Source: an uncultured Rhodobacteraceae bacterium
GTDB lineage: Bacteria > Pseudomonadota > Alphaproteobacteria > Rhodobacterales > Rhodobacteraceae
Reading direction: 5' to 3'
Length of the DNA: 64,000 nucleotides
NCBI GenBank assembly: GCA_947499715.1
Contig: CANMPL010000008.1
Coordinates: 56,507 to 120,506, forward strand
The notes under the pieces: model-generated
The model's database searches: none
What the model was told of the DNA's origin: nothing
The model's input: the letters and a program-made list of their open reading frames with translations, nothing else
Part shown: positions 1-8,337 of the stretch, one piece after another
Position numbering within the stretch: the first letter of the stretch is position 1
Layout: each line of letters begins with the position of its first letter
Translations under genes and position numbers: made by a program

Positions 1-1356
1 ACCGCAAGTGCGGCGCAACCTGCTTGGGCTGCCGTAAACCCGCAACGGCGCGCCCGCGTCATGATGAAGTTTGTCGATTTGCTTAATCAGAACATGGACA
101 AACTGGCCGAAGCGCTCAGCCGCGAACACGGGAAAACCCTGCCGGATGCAGCCGGTGACGTCCAACGCGGGCTAGAAGTTGTGGAATATTGCATCGCCGC
201 CCCTCAGATGCTCAAGGGTGAGTTCACCGATAGCGCGGGCCCCGGCATCGACATGTATTCGATGAAACAGCCATTGGGCGTTACGGCGGGCATTACGCCA
301 TTTAACTTTCCGGCCATGATCCCGATGTGGATGTTTGCCCCGGCCATCGCCTGTGGGAATGCCTTTATCCTCAAACCATCGGAACGTGATCCCTCTGTCC
401 CGCTGATGCTGGCCGAGCTGATGGAGGAAGCAGGCCTGCCAAAAGGCATCCTTCAGGTCGTTAATGGCGATAAAGAAGCTGTCGATGCCATTCTTGACCA
501 CGACGTCATCCAATCCGTCGGCTTTGTCGGCTCCACCCCGATCGCCGAATATATCTACGGCAAAGGCTGCTCGAACGGTAAGCGCGTTCAGTGCTTCGGG
601 GGTGCCAAGAACCATATGATCATCATGCCTGACGCAGACATGGACCAAGCCGCCGACGCGCTTGTCGGCGCGGGCTATGGCGCGGCAGGCGAACGCTGCA
701 TGGCAATTTCTGTTGCGGTCCCCGTGGGCGATGAAACAGCGGACCGGCTTATCGAAAAGCTGATCCCACGGGTCGAGGCGCTCAAGGTTGGCCCCTACAC
801 CGCAGGCAAAGACGTTGACTACGGCCCCGTGGTCACGGCTGCTGCCAAGGCCAATATCGAACGTCTTGTGCAAACCGGCATCGACCAAGGTGCTAAACTC
901 GTGGTCGACGGTCGCGACTTTAAGCTGCAGGGATACGAGGACGGCTTCTTCGTCGGCGCGCATCTTTTTGATCACGCCACCAAGGACATGGACATCTACA
1001 AGACCGAGATCTTCGGCCCCGTCCTAACCACCGTCCGGGCGCAAACCTATGAAGAGGCGATCGGCCTTGCGATGGACCATGAATACGGCAACGGCACGGC
1101 AATCTTCACGCGCGACGGCGACACGGCTCGCGATTTTGCCAACCGGATCAATATCGGCATGGTCGGCATCAACGTGCCAATCCCCGTGCCACTGGCCTAC
1201 CACACCTTTGGTGGCTGGAAAAAATCCGTGTTTGGCGACCTCAATCAACACGGCCCCGACGCCTTCAAATTCTATACCCGCACCAAAACCGTCACCTCCC
1301 GCTGGCCCTCAGGTATCAAAGAAGGTGGCGAATTTTCCATTCCTGTGATGGAATAA
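1..1356 (+). CDS. mmsA: Methylmalonate-semialdehyde dehydrogenase (CoA-acylating); 5' end lies outside the window
   Basis: Frame 1 is open from nt 1 (TASAAQPAWAAVNPQRRARV precedes the listed Met). Aldehyde dehydrogenase motifs FILKPSERDP and GERCMA are present. The C-terminal TKTVTSRWP is typical of MmsA. The rest of the valine pathway lies downstream. Confidence 0.93.
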   Translation, partial: TASAAQPAWAAVNPQRRARVMMKFVDLLNQNMDKLAEALSREHGKTLPDAAGDVQRGLEVVEYCIAAPQMLKGEFTDSAGPGIDMYSMKQPLGVTAGITPFNFPAMIPMWMFAPAIACGNAFILKPSERDPSVPLMLAELMEEAGLPKGILQVVNGDKEAVDAILDHDVIQSVGFVGSTPIAEYIYGKGCSNGKRVQCFGGAKNHMIIMPDADMDQAADALVGAGYGAAGERCMAISVAVPVGDETADRLIEKLIPRVEALKVGPYTAGKDVDYGPVVTAAAKANIERLVQTGIDQGAKLVVDGRDFKLQGYEDGFFVGAHLFDHATKDMDIYKTEIFGPVLTTVRAQTYEEAIGLAMDHEYGNGTAIFTRDGDTARDFANRINIGMVGINVPIPVPLAYHTFGGWKKSVFGDLNQHGPDAFKFYTRTKTVTSRWPSGIKEGGEFSIPVME

Positions 1357-1363
1357 GAATGTC

Positions 1364-1389
1364 GCTGGCCGGACATTCATCCGGCCAGC
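1364..1389 (+). terminator. 10-bp GC hairpin after the mmsA stop, with no T-tract
   Basis: GCTGGCCGGA-cattca-TCCGGCCAGC read directly, 8 nt after the TAA at 1354-1356. Confidence 0.3.
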
Positions 1390-1405
1390 CCGATTGGGGA
1401 TACTT

Positions 1406-1831
1406 ATGGCTGCTAGCTTTCGGATCTTGTCGGATCGCGGAATCGTCTACATTCGCTATTCCGGCTTCACCACGACCGAAGAAAGCCTGCAAATGATGCA
1501 GGCCTACGGCAGGCACGCCGACTTCCGCCCCGGTCAAAGCACGCTTTGCGATTTTCGCGATGTCGAAGACTACGATCTCGACTACGTCAAAATCATCGAA
1601 CATCAATCAGAGATCGCCGATATTGTGTTGCCCGAAACCGTGCAAGTCATGCTTGTGCTTCTGGCAGACAAACCAAAAGGCCGCGAGATCGCCAACCTCA
1701 TTCAAAAATCCTGGGCGGGCGTCGCCGCGATCGTGCCGGTCATCGTCGATACCGAAGATCACGCGCTCGAGGTTCTGGGCCAACCAGAGCGGCGGATCGC
1801 CGACTTTTTGGATGCGCGCGAAAAAAATTAA
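1406..1831 (+). CDS. Small cytoplasmic hypothetical protein (141 aa)
   Basis: ATG at 1406 is preceded by GGGGA 5 nt upstream; the listed ORF start at 1394 is a TTG. Codon usage looks like the neighbours. I recognise no motif and see no signal peptide. Confidence 0.55.
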   Translation: MAASFRILSDRGIVYIRYSGFTTTEESLQMMQAYGRHADFRPGQSTLCDFRDVEDYDLDYVKIIEHQSEIADIVLPETVQVMLVLLADKPKGREIANLIQKSWAGVAAIVPVIVDTEDHALEVLGQPERRIADFLDAREKN

Positions 1832-1901
1832 CATTCTTTGAAACTCATTTGCCCGCTGCCCCGTGTGTTCAGCATACGAGGTTCAACAAAGGATTTTTCT
1901 C

Positions 1902-2252
1902 ATGACCGATATCACACGCCGCGCAGCGCTTCGCCTTGCCGTTTCTGCCGCAACTCTTCCGCTTTTGGCAGCGACGGCAAAGGCCGCCAGCCACGCCGCG
2001 CACGAGACGCATAACGTCACGATCCAAAACATGGCCTTTTCGCCAGCCAACTTAACGATCAAAGCCGGTGACAGCGTGACCTTCACCAACATGGACAGCG
2101 CACGCCACTCGGCCACCGACCTGAACAAGGCCTGGGATACAGGTCTCTTGTCAAAGGGCCAGTCCGCCACGCTCACGTTCAATGGCGCGGGCAGCTTTAA
2201 CTATCGCTGCACACCGCACGGCAACATGCGCGGCTCCATCACGATCACCTAA
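1902..2252 (+). CDS. Periplasmic type-1 (blue) copper protein, plastocyanin/amicyanin-like cupredoxin with a Tat-type leader
   Basis: Leader MTDITRRAALRLAVSAATLPLLAATAKA. Copper ligand pattern is His (SARHSA) followed by C-x2-H-x2-M (YRCTPHGNM). The ATG at 1902 is preferred over the GTG at 1863. Confidence 0.85.
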   Translation: MTDITRRAALRLAVSAATLPLLAATAKAASHAAHETHNVTIQNMAFSPANLTIKAGDSVTFTNMDSARHSATDLNKAWDTGLLSKGQSATLTFNGAGSFNYRCTPHGNMRGSITIT

Positions 2253-2271
2253 TACCACTTGCGAAAACAAC

Positions 2272-2300
2272 AAAGGGCGGTGCAAAGCACCGCCCTTTTT
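2272..2300. terminator. Bidirectional rho-independent terminator between the convergent cupredoxin and VPLPA-CTERM genes
   Basis: AAA-GGGCGGTGC-aaa-GCACCGCCC-TTTTT: a 9-bp perfect stem with an A-run on one side and a T-run on the other. Confidence 0.8.
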
Positions 2301-2319
2301 GTATTCTGTGTCGAGGGAT

Positions 2320-3039
2320 TTAGCCCTTGCGACGCTTCATAGCACCAATGCCACCAAGAGCTGCAATCAGCATCCAACCTGCCGCGGGCAGTGGAACCTC
2401 ACCAACGACTGAAGAGTCACGAAAAACAAATGGATTCGCTATCTTATCGCTTCCTTCTCCTGCATTGACTTGTTGAAAACGCAACCCAGCGCCCGGATCA
2501 GTCGCAGGGTACAGGTTATTGATAAGGCCATCAAGAATGCTGCCCTCCAAATCAAATGCTGACAGCGACGAAACCAATTCAATCGAGAATGTGTCGGAAA
2601 GGCCCTCTGACAAAGCACCATTTGCATTTCCGCCATTGTAGTTTGCGTTGTCGGCAATCCCGAGGTCAAAGTCGCCAAAAGGATCTGCGTCTGCCGGCGC
2701 TATCAATGAGCTGAGGTAAGTCCCCCCGGTGAACGTGCTTGCATCGATCGTAGCGGCGCCAAACAAATCAAGTCCGAAGCCGGTCAACTGGCTTTCTGTG
2801 GCCCCAGCGCCAAAAATCGGAAAGCCAGTAGTATTCTCGACAACCCCACTCAGCAAGACGTTGCCTGATCCAAGGTCAGAGAATGATAGACTAACGACCC
2901 CTGAAGCGCCCGTCGCTGGCGAATTCGTTGAGACCGTGGTTGGTCCGAAGGTCAGTATCAAAGCGGCTGAAGCGCTTGTTGCGGCGCCGACGAACCCCGC
3001 AGCCGCCACTGCCAAAACCGAAAGGGACTTCACAAACAT
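2320..3039 (-). CDS. Secreted surface protein with a C-terminal VPLPA-CTERM (PEP-CTERM-like) sorting signal
   Basis: N-terminal signal peptide MFVKSLSVLAVAAAGFVGAATSASA. The C-terminus VPLPAAGWMLIAALGGIGAMKRRKG has the motif, a TM helix and a basic tail. GGAGA RBS lies 7 nt upstream. The gene is visibly AT-richer than its neighbours. Confidence 0.85.
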   Translation of the reverse strand: MFVKSLSVLAVAAAGFVGAATSASAALILTFGPTTVSTNSPATGASGVVSLSFSDLGSGNVLLSGVVENTTGFPIFGAGATESQLTGFGLDLFGAATIDASTFTGGTYLSSLIAPADADPFGDFDLGIADNANYNGGNANGALSEGLSDTFSIELVSSLSAFDLEGSILDGLINNLYPATDPGAGLRFQQVNAGEGSDKIANPFVFRDSSVVGEVPLPAAGWMLIAALGGIGAMKRRKG

Positions 3040-3057
3040 ACCGAATCTCCATGCAAA

Positions 3058-3067
3058 TCGTTAACGA
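3058..3067. promoter_or_regulatory. Perfect 10-bp palindrome TCGTTAACGA preceded by CAAATCG, about 18 nt upstream of the VPLPA-CTERM start codon
   Basis: Read directly. It shares the 10-nt string CAAATCGTTA with the site at 3359-3368. Confidence 0.35.
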
Positions 3068-3364
3068 AAATTAAACCTTATTTTGTCTATTACGCCAAAA
3101 TTGCGCCACATTCAAGCCGTAGTCGCGGCGCTGAATCCTTTTTACGGCAGCAAATCCGGCGATTCCGTCAAACCTCAGCCACAGAATGCCCCATTCCGCG
3201 CCACGATTGCTGCTCCCAACCCAGCAAATCCAGTGGCGTTTGCATCAGCTGACACAAAATCAACCCCTATCCTCCAGATATGGTGGACATTTGGGCAAGA
3301 TTGCGACATGCGGTCCGAAAAATGATGAGGCGCGCCGCAATTGCGCCCGCAAGAGGCCCAAATC

Positions 3365-3374
3365 GTTACGTAAC
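3365..3374. promoter_or_regulatory. Perfect 10-bp palindrome GTTACGTAAC preceded by CAAATC, about 35 nt upstream of the metzincin ATG
   Basis: Read directly. It shares CAAATCGTTA with the site at 3054-3063. Confidence 0.35.
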
Positions 3375-3409
3375 AGTAAAAAACAATCGAGCACGCACGG
3401 AGCATAAAA

Positions 3410-4462
3410 ATGCCAACCAAGTCACTCACGACTGGCCCCAAATCGAAGTTTGGCGGCAACCCCACCCTACCGGAAGAGTTCGACGCCGATGCCGTGGCAG
3501 CCTTCTTCGGCAATACCCCACAAGCTGACGATCATCCCGCCATTGGTGTGCTGACTGATCTCGCAGCCCGCCGCGCCGCGGAATATGATGCCGATGATTA
3601 CTCCGGCGACGCCGAGGCGCGACCCGAAGGGAAAGGCGGCGGCAAAACAGACGAAGGCGGCGGCACGAAGGGCGGCGGCAAGGGTCGTGACAAGACCAAG
3701 GATGAGGTCGAGCCGACGCCTGATCCGGAACCGACGCCCGACCCCACCCCTGATCCGGATCCGGATCCGACACCCGATCCGATTCCAGAGCCAACACCAG
3801 TCTACAATGCTGACTATGTCAGCGGCCTCGATACACCCGATGGCTTTAATATCGAAGTGACTTACGACGGAACTTGGACCGATAGCCAAAAAGCCGCCCT
3901 GGAATCAGCCCTTGAAATCATCAGCGACATTATCACCGGTGACATGCCGGCGGCTGGCGACATTGATGATTTCCGTTTGACGGCATCCATGACCACGATT
4001 GACGGCGCGGGCGGCGCCTGGGCGAAGGGTGGCATTCGCAGCCTCCGTCCGGAGGACTACACCGCGACGACAGGACAGATCCGCATCGACACCGCCGATG
4101 TTGGCACTGTCGAAGGCTATGGCATGCTGCAGGACGTCATGCTGCACGAGGTGCTTCATGCATTGGGCTTTGGCACGACCTGGGCTTACACAGGCCTCGT
4201 CTCGGTCGTCGATGGCACTTCGCGCTTTACGGGTGCAGCCGCGACAGAAATGTATCAACAGCTTTATGGCCACCTCGACCCGGACGCTGCAGACGGTGTG
4301 CCCCTTGATGCCACTGGCTCACATTGGGACGAAGGGATCCTCGATCTCGAGGTGATGACCCCTCGCCTTGATCGCTCGGCCAACTTGTCTGACGTGACGG
4401 TCGCGGCCCTGCAAGATATGGGATACGAGACGACCTTTGTGGACGAATTTACCTTCGCATAA
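3410..4462 (+). CDS. Leishmanolysin-like (M8-type) zinc metalloprotease with a disordered K/G-rich and (PTPDPE)n N-terminal region
   Basis: HEVLHALGFG (H246, E247, H250), a distal third His in GSHWDE (H305), and Met316 exactly 11 residues after it (LEVMTP). The 11-residue His-to-Met spacing matches GP63, and the distal third His follows the GP63 layout. GGAG RBS is present. I see no recognisable signal peptide. Confidence 0.75.
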   Translation: MPTKSLTTGPKSKFGGNPTLPEEFDADAVAAFFGNTPQADDHPAIGVLTDLAARRAAEYDADDYSGDAEARPEGKGGGKTDEGGGTKGGGKGRDKTKDEVEPTPDPEPTPDPTPDPDPDPTPDPIPEPTPVYNADYVSGLDTPDGFNIEVTYDGTWTDSQKAALESALEIISDIITGDMPAAGDIDDFRLTASMTTIDGAGGAWAKGGIRSLRPEDYTATTGQIRIDTADVGTVEGYGMLQDVMLHEVLHALGFGTTWAYTGLVSVVDGTSRFTGAAATEMYQQLYGHLDPDAADGVPLDATGSHWDEGILDLEVMTPRLDRSANLSDVTVAALQDMGYETTFVDEFTFA

Positions 4463-4485
4463 GCGTTGATCAGAAATTCGAAACG

Positions 4486-4512
4486 AAAGGCGGTCCTGAC
4501 GGGCCGCCTTTT
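4486..4512 (+). terminator. Rho-independent terminator after the metzincin gene
   Basis: AAAGGCGGTCC-tgac-GGGCCGCCTTT followed by TT; 11 bp including one G-U pair. Confidence 0.75.
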
Positions 4513-4595
4513 GCGTTGTGGAACCCGCAAGCTTGCAATCTGTTTCATGCTGCCGCACGATGAACTAAACAATCGTTCAATTAACGGCGGATCGG

Positions 4596-5735
4596 ATGGA
4601 TTTTTCCCTAAGTGAAGAACAAGTCGCCATCTTCGACATGGCGCAGGCCTTTGGTGCAGACCACATCGCCCCTCATGCCCGCCAATGGGAGGCTGATGGC
4701 ATAATTCCAAAAGACCTATGGCCTCGCCTCGCAGAACTAGGCTTTGGCGGCCTTTACGTCAGCGAAGACAGCGGCGGGTCGGGCCTTTCCCGTCTGGATG
4801 CAACGCTCGTATTCGAAGCGCTCAGCCAATCCTGCGCCTCGGTTGCTGCCTTTTTGTCGATCCACAACATGTGCGTCAAAATGATCGACAGCTATGGCAG
4901 CCCGGCCCTCAAATCCCGGATTTTGCCACAAGCGCTCAAGATGGAAACGATCCTCAGTTATTGCCTGACCGAACCCGGCTCAGGCTCGGACGCGGCGGCC
5001 CTCAAGACCCGCGCAACACGCAGCAACGAAGGGTTTGAACTGACCGGCACAAAAGCCTTCATATCAGGTGGCGGCTATTCCGACGCCTATATCGTCATGG
5101 CCCGGACCGGCGAAGACGGCCCCAAAGGCATATCAGCGATTGTCGTCGATGCGTCAGCACCGGGCCTCTCTTTTGGTGGACTTGAGGAAAAAATGGGTTG
5201 GCGCAGCCAGCCAACGCGTCAGGTTCAAATGGACAATTGCAAAACCGCTACCGAGAACCTTCTTGGGGAAGAGGGTCGCGGCTTTAACTACGCCATGCAA
5301 GGCCTTGATGGTGGACGATTAAACATCGCCGCCTGTTCCATTGGCGCTGCCCAATCTGCACTTGATCAAACCCTGGTCTATATGTCCGATCGCAAGGCAT
5401 TCGGGAAATCAATTGACCAGTTTCAGGGTTTGCAATTTCGCCTCGCCGACATGGAAATTGCCCTGCAATCGGCGCGGACATTCCTGCGGCAGGCTGCGTG
5501 GAAACTCGATAATCGCACAGCTGACGCGTCGAAATTTTGCGCTATGGCCAAAAAGCTATGCACTGAAACCGGCAGCGACGTTGCCGACCAATGCCTGCAA
5601 TTGCACGGTGGCTACGGCTACCTTGCTGACTATGGGATCGAAAAAATTGTAAGAGACCTGCGGGTTCACCAGATCCTGGAAGGCACCAATGAAATCATGC
5701 GCCTGATCACCGCGCGCCACATGATGCGCCCATGA
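4596..5735 (+). CDS. Acyl-CoA dehydrogenase, isobutyryl-CoA dehydrogenase type
   Basis: ACAD motifs YCLTEPGSGSDAA and QLHGGYGYLADYGIEKIVRDLRVHQILEGTNEIM. Its position is in the valine catabolic cluster. Confidence 0.9.
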   Translation: MDFSLSEEQVAIFDMAQAFGADHIAPHARQWEADGIIPKDLWPRLAELGFGGLYVSEDSGGSGLSRLDATLVFEALSQSCASVAAFLSIHNMCVKMIDSYGSPALKSRILPQALKMETILSYCLTEPGSGSDAAALKTRATRSNEGFELTGTKAFISGGGYSDAYIVMARTGEDGPKGISAIVVDASAPGLSFGGLEEKMGWRSQPTRQVQMDNCKTATENLLGEEGRGFNYAMQGLDGGRLNIAACSIGAAQSALDQTLVYMSDRKAFGKSIDQFQGLQFRLADMEIALQSARTFLRQAAWKLDNRTADASKFCAMAKKLCTETGSDVADQCLQLHGGYGYLADYGIEKIVRDLRVHQILEGTNEIMRLITARHMMRP

Positions 5736-6775
5736 CCTCTGACATCCTGATCCGCCGCGATGGCCGCGCAGGGCGCATCACGCTCAACCGTCCAAATGCA
5801 CTCAATGCATTGACGTGGGATATGGTCAACGCGATCAGCGCCGCCTTGGATGATTGGCACGATGACCCCGACATTTCACTGCTTCTGATTGATGCTGCGG
5901 GGGATAAGGCCTTCTGCTCTGGTGGTGATATCGCGGATATGTATGCATCCGGCCAGCGCAACGACCTGTCCTATGGCCGCCGTTTCTGGGCCGATGAATA
6001 TCGCATGAACGCCAAGCTGTTTCGTTTCCCCAAACCTGTTGTCGCGTTCCTTCAGGGCTACACGATGGGCGGCGGCGTGGGCGTGGGATGCCACGCATCA
6101 CACCGGATCGTTGATGACAGCAGCCGCATCGCAATGCCGGAATGCGGTATCGGACTTATCCCCGATGTTGGCGGGTCGCTCTTGCTGGCTCAGGCACCCG
6201 GTCGGCTTGGCGAGTATCTTGGTCTGACAGGTGATCGCATGGATGCAGCCGATGCAATCCATTGCGGCTTTGCCGACTATTACGTTCCCGACGGCTGGGA
6301 CGCCCTCAAGCAAAGCCTGATCGAAACCGGCGACCCCACCGCGGTTGATGAAATGGCTCATCGGCCCCAAAACAGTCGCCTTGCAGACTGGCAAGCAGAC
6401 ATCGACGCCACCTTCGCAGGCGAAACCCTCGGGGACATCATGCGCGGCCTACCGTCAAAGCTTTCAGAGGCTCAGTCACATGCCGTCAACCGTATTGCAA
6501 AAAACGCACCACTTGCGATGGCCGTTGCCACCCAGATCATCCACCGCGTCCGCATTCGGCCCACCATCGAAAACGCGCTGGATCAAGAATATCGCTATAC
6601 CTTCAGGGCCGTGGCACAGGGCGACTTTATCGAAGGCATTCGGGCCGCCATCATCGACAAGGATCGCGCGCCCAAATGGGCCCATTCCAATTGGTCCGAT
6701 GTGTCCGGTGGCGATGTGCTCAAAATGACGCTTCCTTTGGGCGCCGACGCCCTAACACTCGAGGAGACACCATGA
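5732..6775 (+). CDS. 3-hydroxyisobutyryl-CoA hydrolase (crotonase superfamily)
   Basis: GRITLNRPNALNALT and FCSGGDI are present. The 347-aa length includes the HIBCH-type C-terminal extension. ATGA overlaps link it to both neighbours. Confidence 0.85.
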   Translation: MTSDILIRRDGRAGRITLNRPNALNALTWDMVNAISAALDDWHDDPDISLLLIDAAGDKAFCSGGDIADMYASGQRNDLSYGRRFWADEYRMNAKLFRFPKPVVAFLQGYTMGGGVGVGCHASHRIVDDSSRIAMPECGIGLIPDVGGSLLLAQAPGRLGEYLGLTGDRMDAADAIHCGFADYYVPDGWDALKQSLIETGDPTAVDEMAHRPQNSRLADWQADIDATFAGETLGDIMRGLPSKLSEAQSHAVNRIAKNAPLAMAVATQIIHRVRIRPTIENALDQEYRYTFRAVAQGDFIEGIRAAIIDKDRAPKWAHSNWSDVSGGDVLKMTLPLGADALTLEETP

Positions 6776-7641
6776 AAATCGGTTTCATAGGATTGGGAAA
6801 CATGGGCGCCCCGATGGCGCGCAATCTGATCGCGGCGGGGCACGATGTGGCGGGCTTTGATACGGCCTCCATGCCAGACGGCATCCCCTTGGCATCCACC
6901 GCAACCGACGCGTCTTTGGATGCCGATGTGGTCATAACCATGCTTCCGAATGGTGAGATCCTTCGCGCCGTCGCTGCACAAATCCATCCGCATATGAAGT
7001 CGGGTTCGGTTCATCTGGATTGTTCAACCGTTGATGTCGAAAGCGCGCGCACCGTCGCGCAAGATGCTGAAAAAGCAGGAATTATCGCTGTCGATGCGCC
7101 CGTCTCGGGTGGCATTGGTGGCGCCACGAATGGCACATTGACCTTTATGGCGGGTGGCTCAGACGCAGGATTTGCCACGGTCGCTCCCCTCTTTGATGTC
7201 ATGGGGCAAAAGGCGGTGCATTGCGGCCCGGCGGGCAACGGTCAAGCGGCAAAGATCTGCAACAATATGATCCTTGGCGTCACCATGATCGCCACCTGCG
7301 AGGCCTTCGTGCTGGCCGACAAGCTGGGCCTCGACCGGCAAGCCATGTTCGATGTGGTCAGCACCTCCTCGGGCTACAGCTGGTCCATGAACGCCTATTG
7401 CCCCGCCCCCGGCATCGGCCCGCAATCACCTTCCGACAACGATTACCAACCGGGCTTTGCCGCAGCACTCATGCTCAAAGACCTCAACCTGGCGCAAATG
7501 GCAGCCAGGGCCGCTGATGCCGACACCCCGATGGGCCAAGCAGCGCGCGACCTCTACGCTCAATTCGTCGAGGACGAAGGACAGGGCGAAATGGACTTCT
7601 CAGCGATGCTACCCCGATTTGCAAACCGCGGTCGTGACTAG
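6772..7641 (+). CDS. mmsB: 3-hydroxyisobutyrate dehydrogenase
   Basis: True start is MKIGFIGLGNMGAPMARNL (Rossmann motif) at the ATG at 6772, which overlaps the upstream TGA. The listed 6676 start is an upstream read-through. Confidence 0.92.
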   Translation: MKIGFIGLGNMGAPMARNLIAAGHDVAGFDTASMPDGIPLASTATDASLDADVVITMLPNGEILRAVAAQIHPHMKSGSVHLDCSTVDVESARTVAQDAEKAGIIAVDAPVSGGIGGATNGTLTFMAGGSDAGFATVAPLFDVMGQKAVHCGPAGNGQAAKICNNMILGVTMIATCEAFVLADKLGLDRQAMFDVVSTSSGYSWSMNAYCPAPGIGPQSPSDNDYQPGFAAALMLKDLNLAQMAARAADADTPMGQAARDLYAQFVEDEGQGEMDFSAMLPRFANRGRD

Positions 7642-7785
7642 GCCGTAGGGGCCCAGCCCCGCAAAATCTCCGACGCAAGCGCCCGGCGCTATTCTGCTCG
7701 CCCATAAATGGATGGCTGCGCCGGCCATCTTGCTGCCGCAAAGTGGCGCTAAAGATTGATCGGAATGACTGAATGGAGACTTGCA

Positions 7786-8277
7786 ATGATCAAGACACGA
7801 CACCTAATCGCGGCTGGATGCATCGCCCTTTTGCCCGCCTCCGTACTGGCCGAAAAAGGCGGTAATGGCCGTGGCAATGGCGGCGAGAACCGGGCCGAAC
7901 GCAGCCAAGGCAACAATGGCAATGCCGGACGCCGCAATGCGGATAAAACCTTAGATCCCGCCAACGGAAATTCCGCCAATGCCCGCGCCAATCCCAGCCA
8001 GGGCTTCTGTCCACCGGGCCTGCAACGCAAGGAAACCCCCTGCGTTCCCCCGGGCGAGGCTGCCAATGGCACCACAGCAGAGGATTGGGCGACTGAAAAG
8101 GGTTACGCCTACTACCCCGGCGCGCCCTTGGACGATGTCGATTTGCAGGAATTGCCGAATTACGCTGACTATGGGCTGCCAACACTGTCCGACGGCGAAT
8201 CCTATGCGGTCATCAATCGCATCGCTGTCGTTATCGATCCCGAAAGCAACACGTTCGTCAGGGTCGCGACACGCTGA
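7786..8277 (+). CDS. Exported Gly/Asn-rich protein of unknown function
   Basis: Signal peptide MIKTRHLIAAGCIALLPASVLA with GGAGA 6 nt upstream. Low-complexity GNGRGNGGEN region, then CPPG...C.PPG. The C-terminal YGLP...YAVI..IAVVID segment resembles RcnB-like periplasmic proteins, from memory only. Confidence 0.6.
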   Translation: MIKTRHLIAAGCIALLPASVLAEKGGNGRGNGGENRAERSQGNNGNAGRRNADKTLDPANGNSANARANPSQGFCPPGLQRKETPCVPPGEAANGTTAEDWATEKGYAYYPGAPLDDVDLQELPNYADYGLPTLSDGESYAVINRIAVVIDPESNTFVRVATR

Positions 8278-8288
8278 TCAGAAAAGAC

Positions 8289-8322
8289 GCAAGGCACTTG
8301 CCGATCGTGGCATGTGCCTTGC
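8289..8322. terminator. Hairpin between the convergent exported-protein gene and uvrA
   Basis: GCAAGGCAC ... GTGCCTTGC: a 9-bp stem with a 16-nt loop and weak T-tracts. Confidence 0.35.
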
Positions 8323-8337
8323 CCTTTCCCAGCCCAA

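Noticed and set aside
3710-3796. A tandem DNA repeat or VNTR in the CCGACGCCTGATCCGGAACCGACGCCCGACCCC... region.
   Set aside because: It is in frame within the metzincin ORF and encodes a (PTPDPE)n linker. It is imperfect at the DNA level, so it is coding low complexity rather than a non-coding repeat or CRISPR-like array.
6676-6771. N-terminal extensions in the ORF track: mmsB at 6676, amiC at 31941, lptG at 46158, lptD at 47294, mazG at 60623, SDR at 62753, the protease at 42292, and mrcA at 29093.
   Set aside because: In each case an internal ATG restores the canonical family N-terminus or signal peptide. That ATG often sits at an ATGA or 1-nt overlap with the upstream stop. The extensions overlap upstream genes or promoters.
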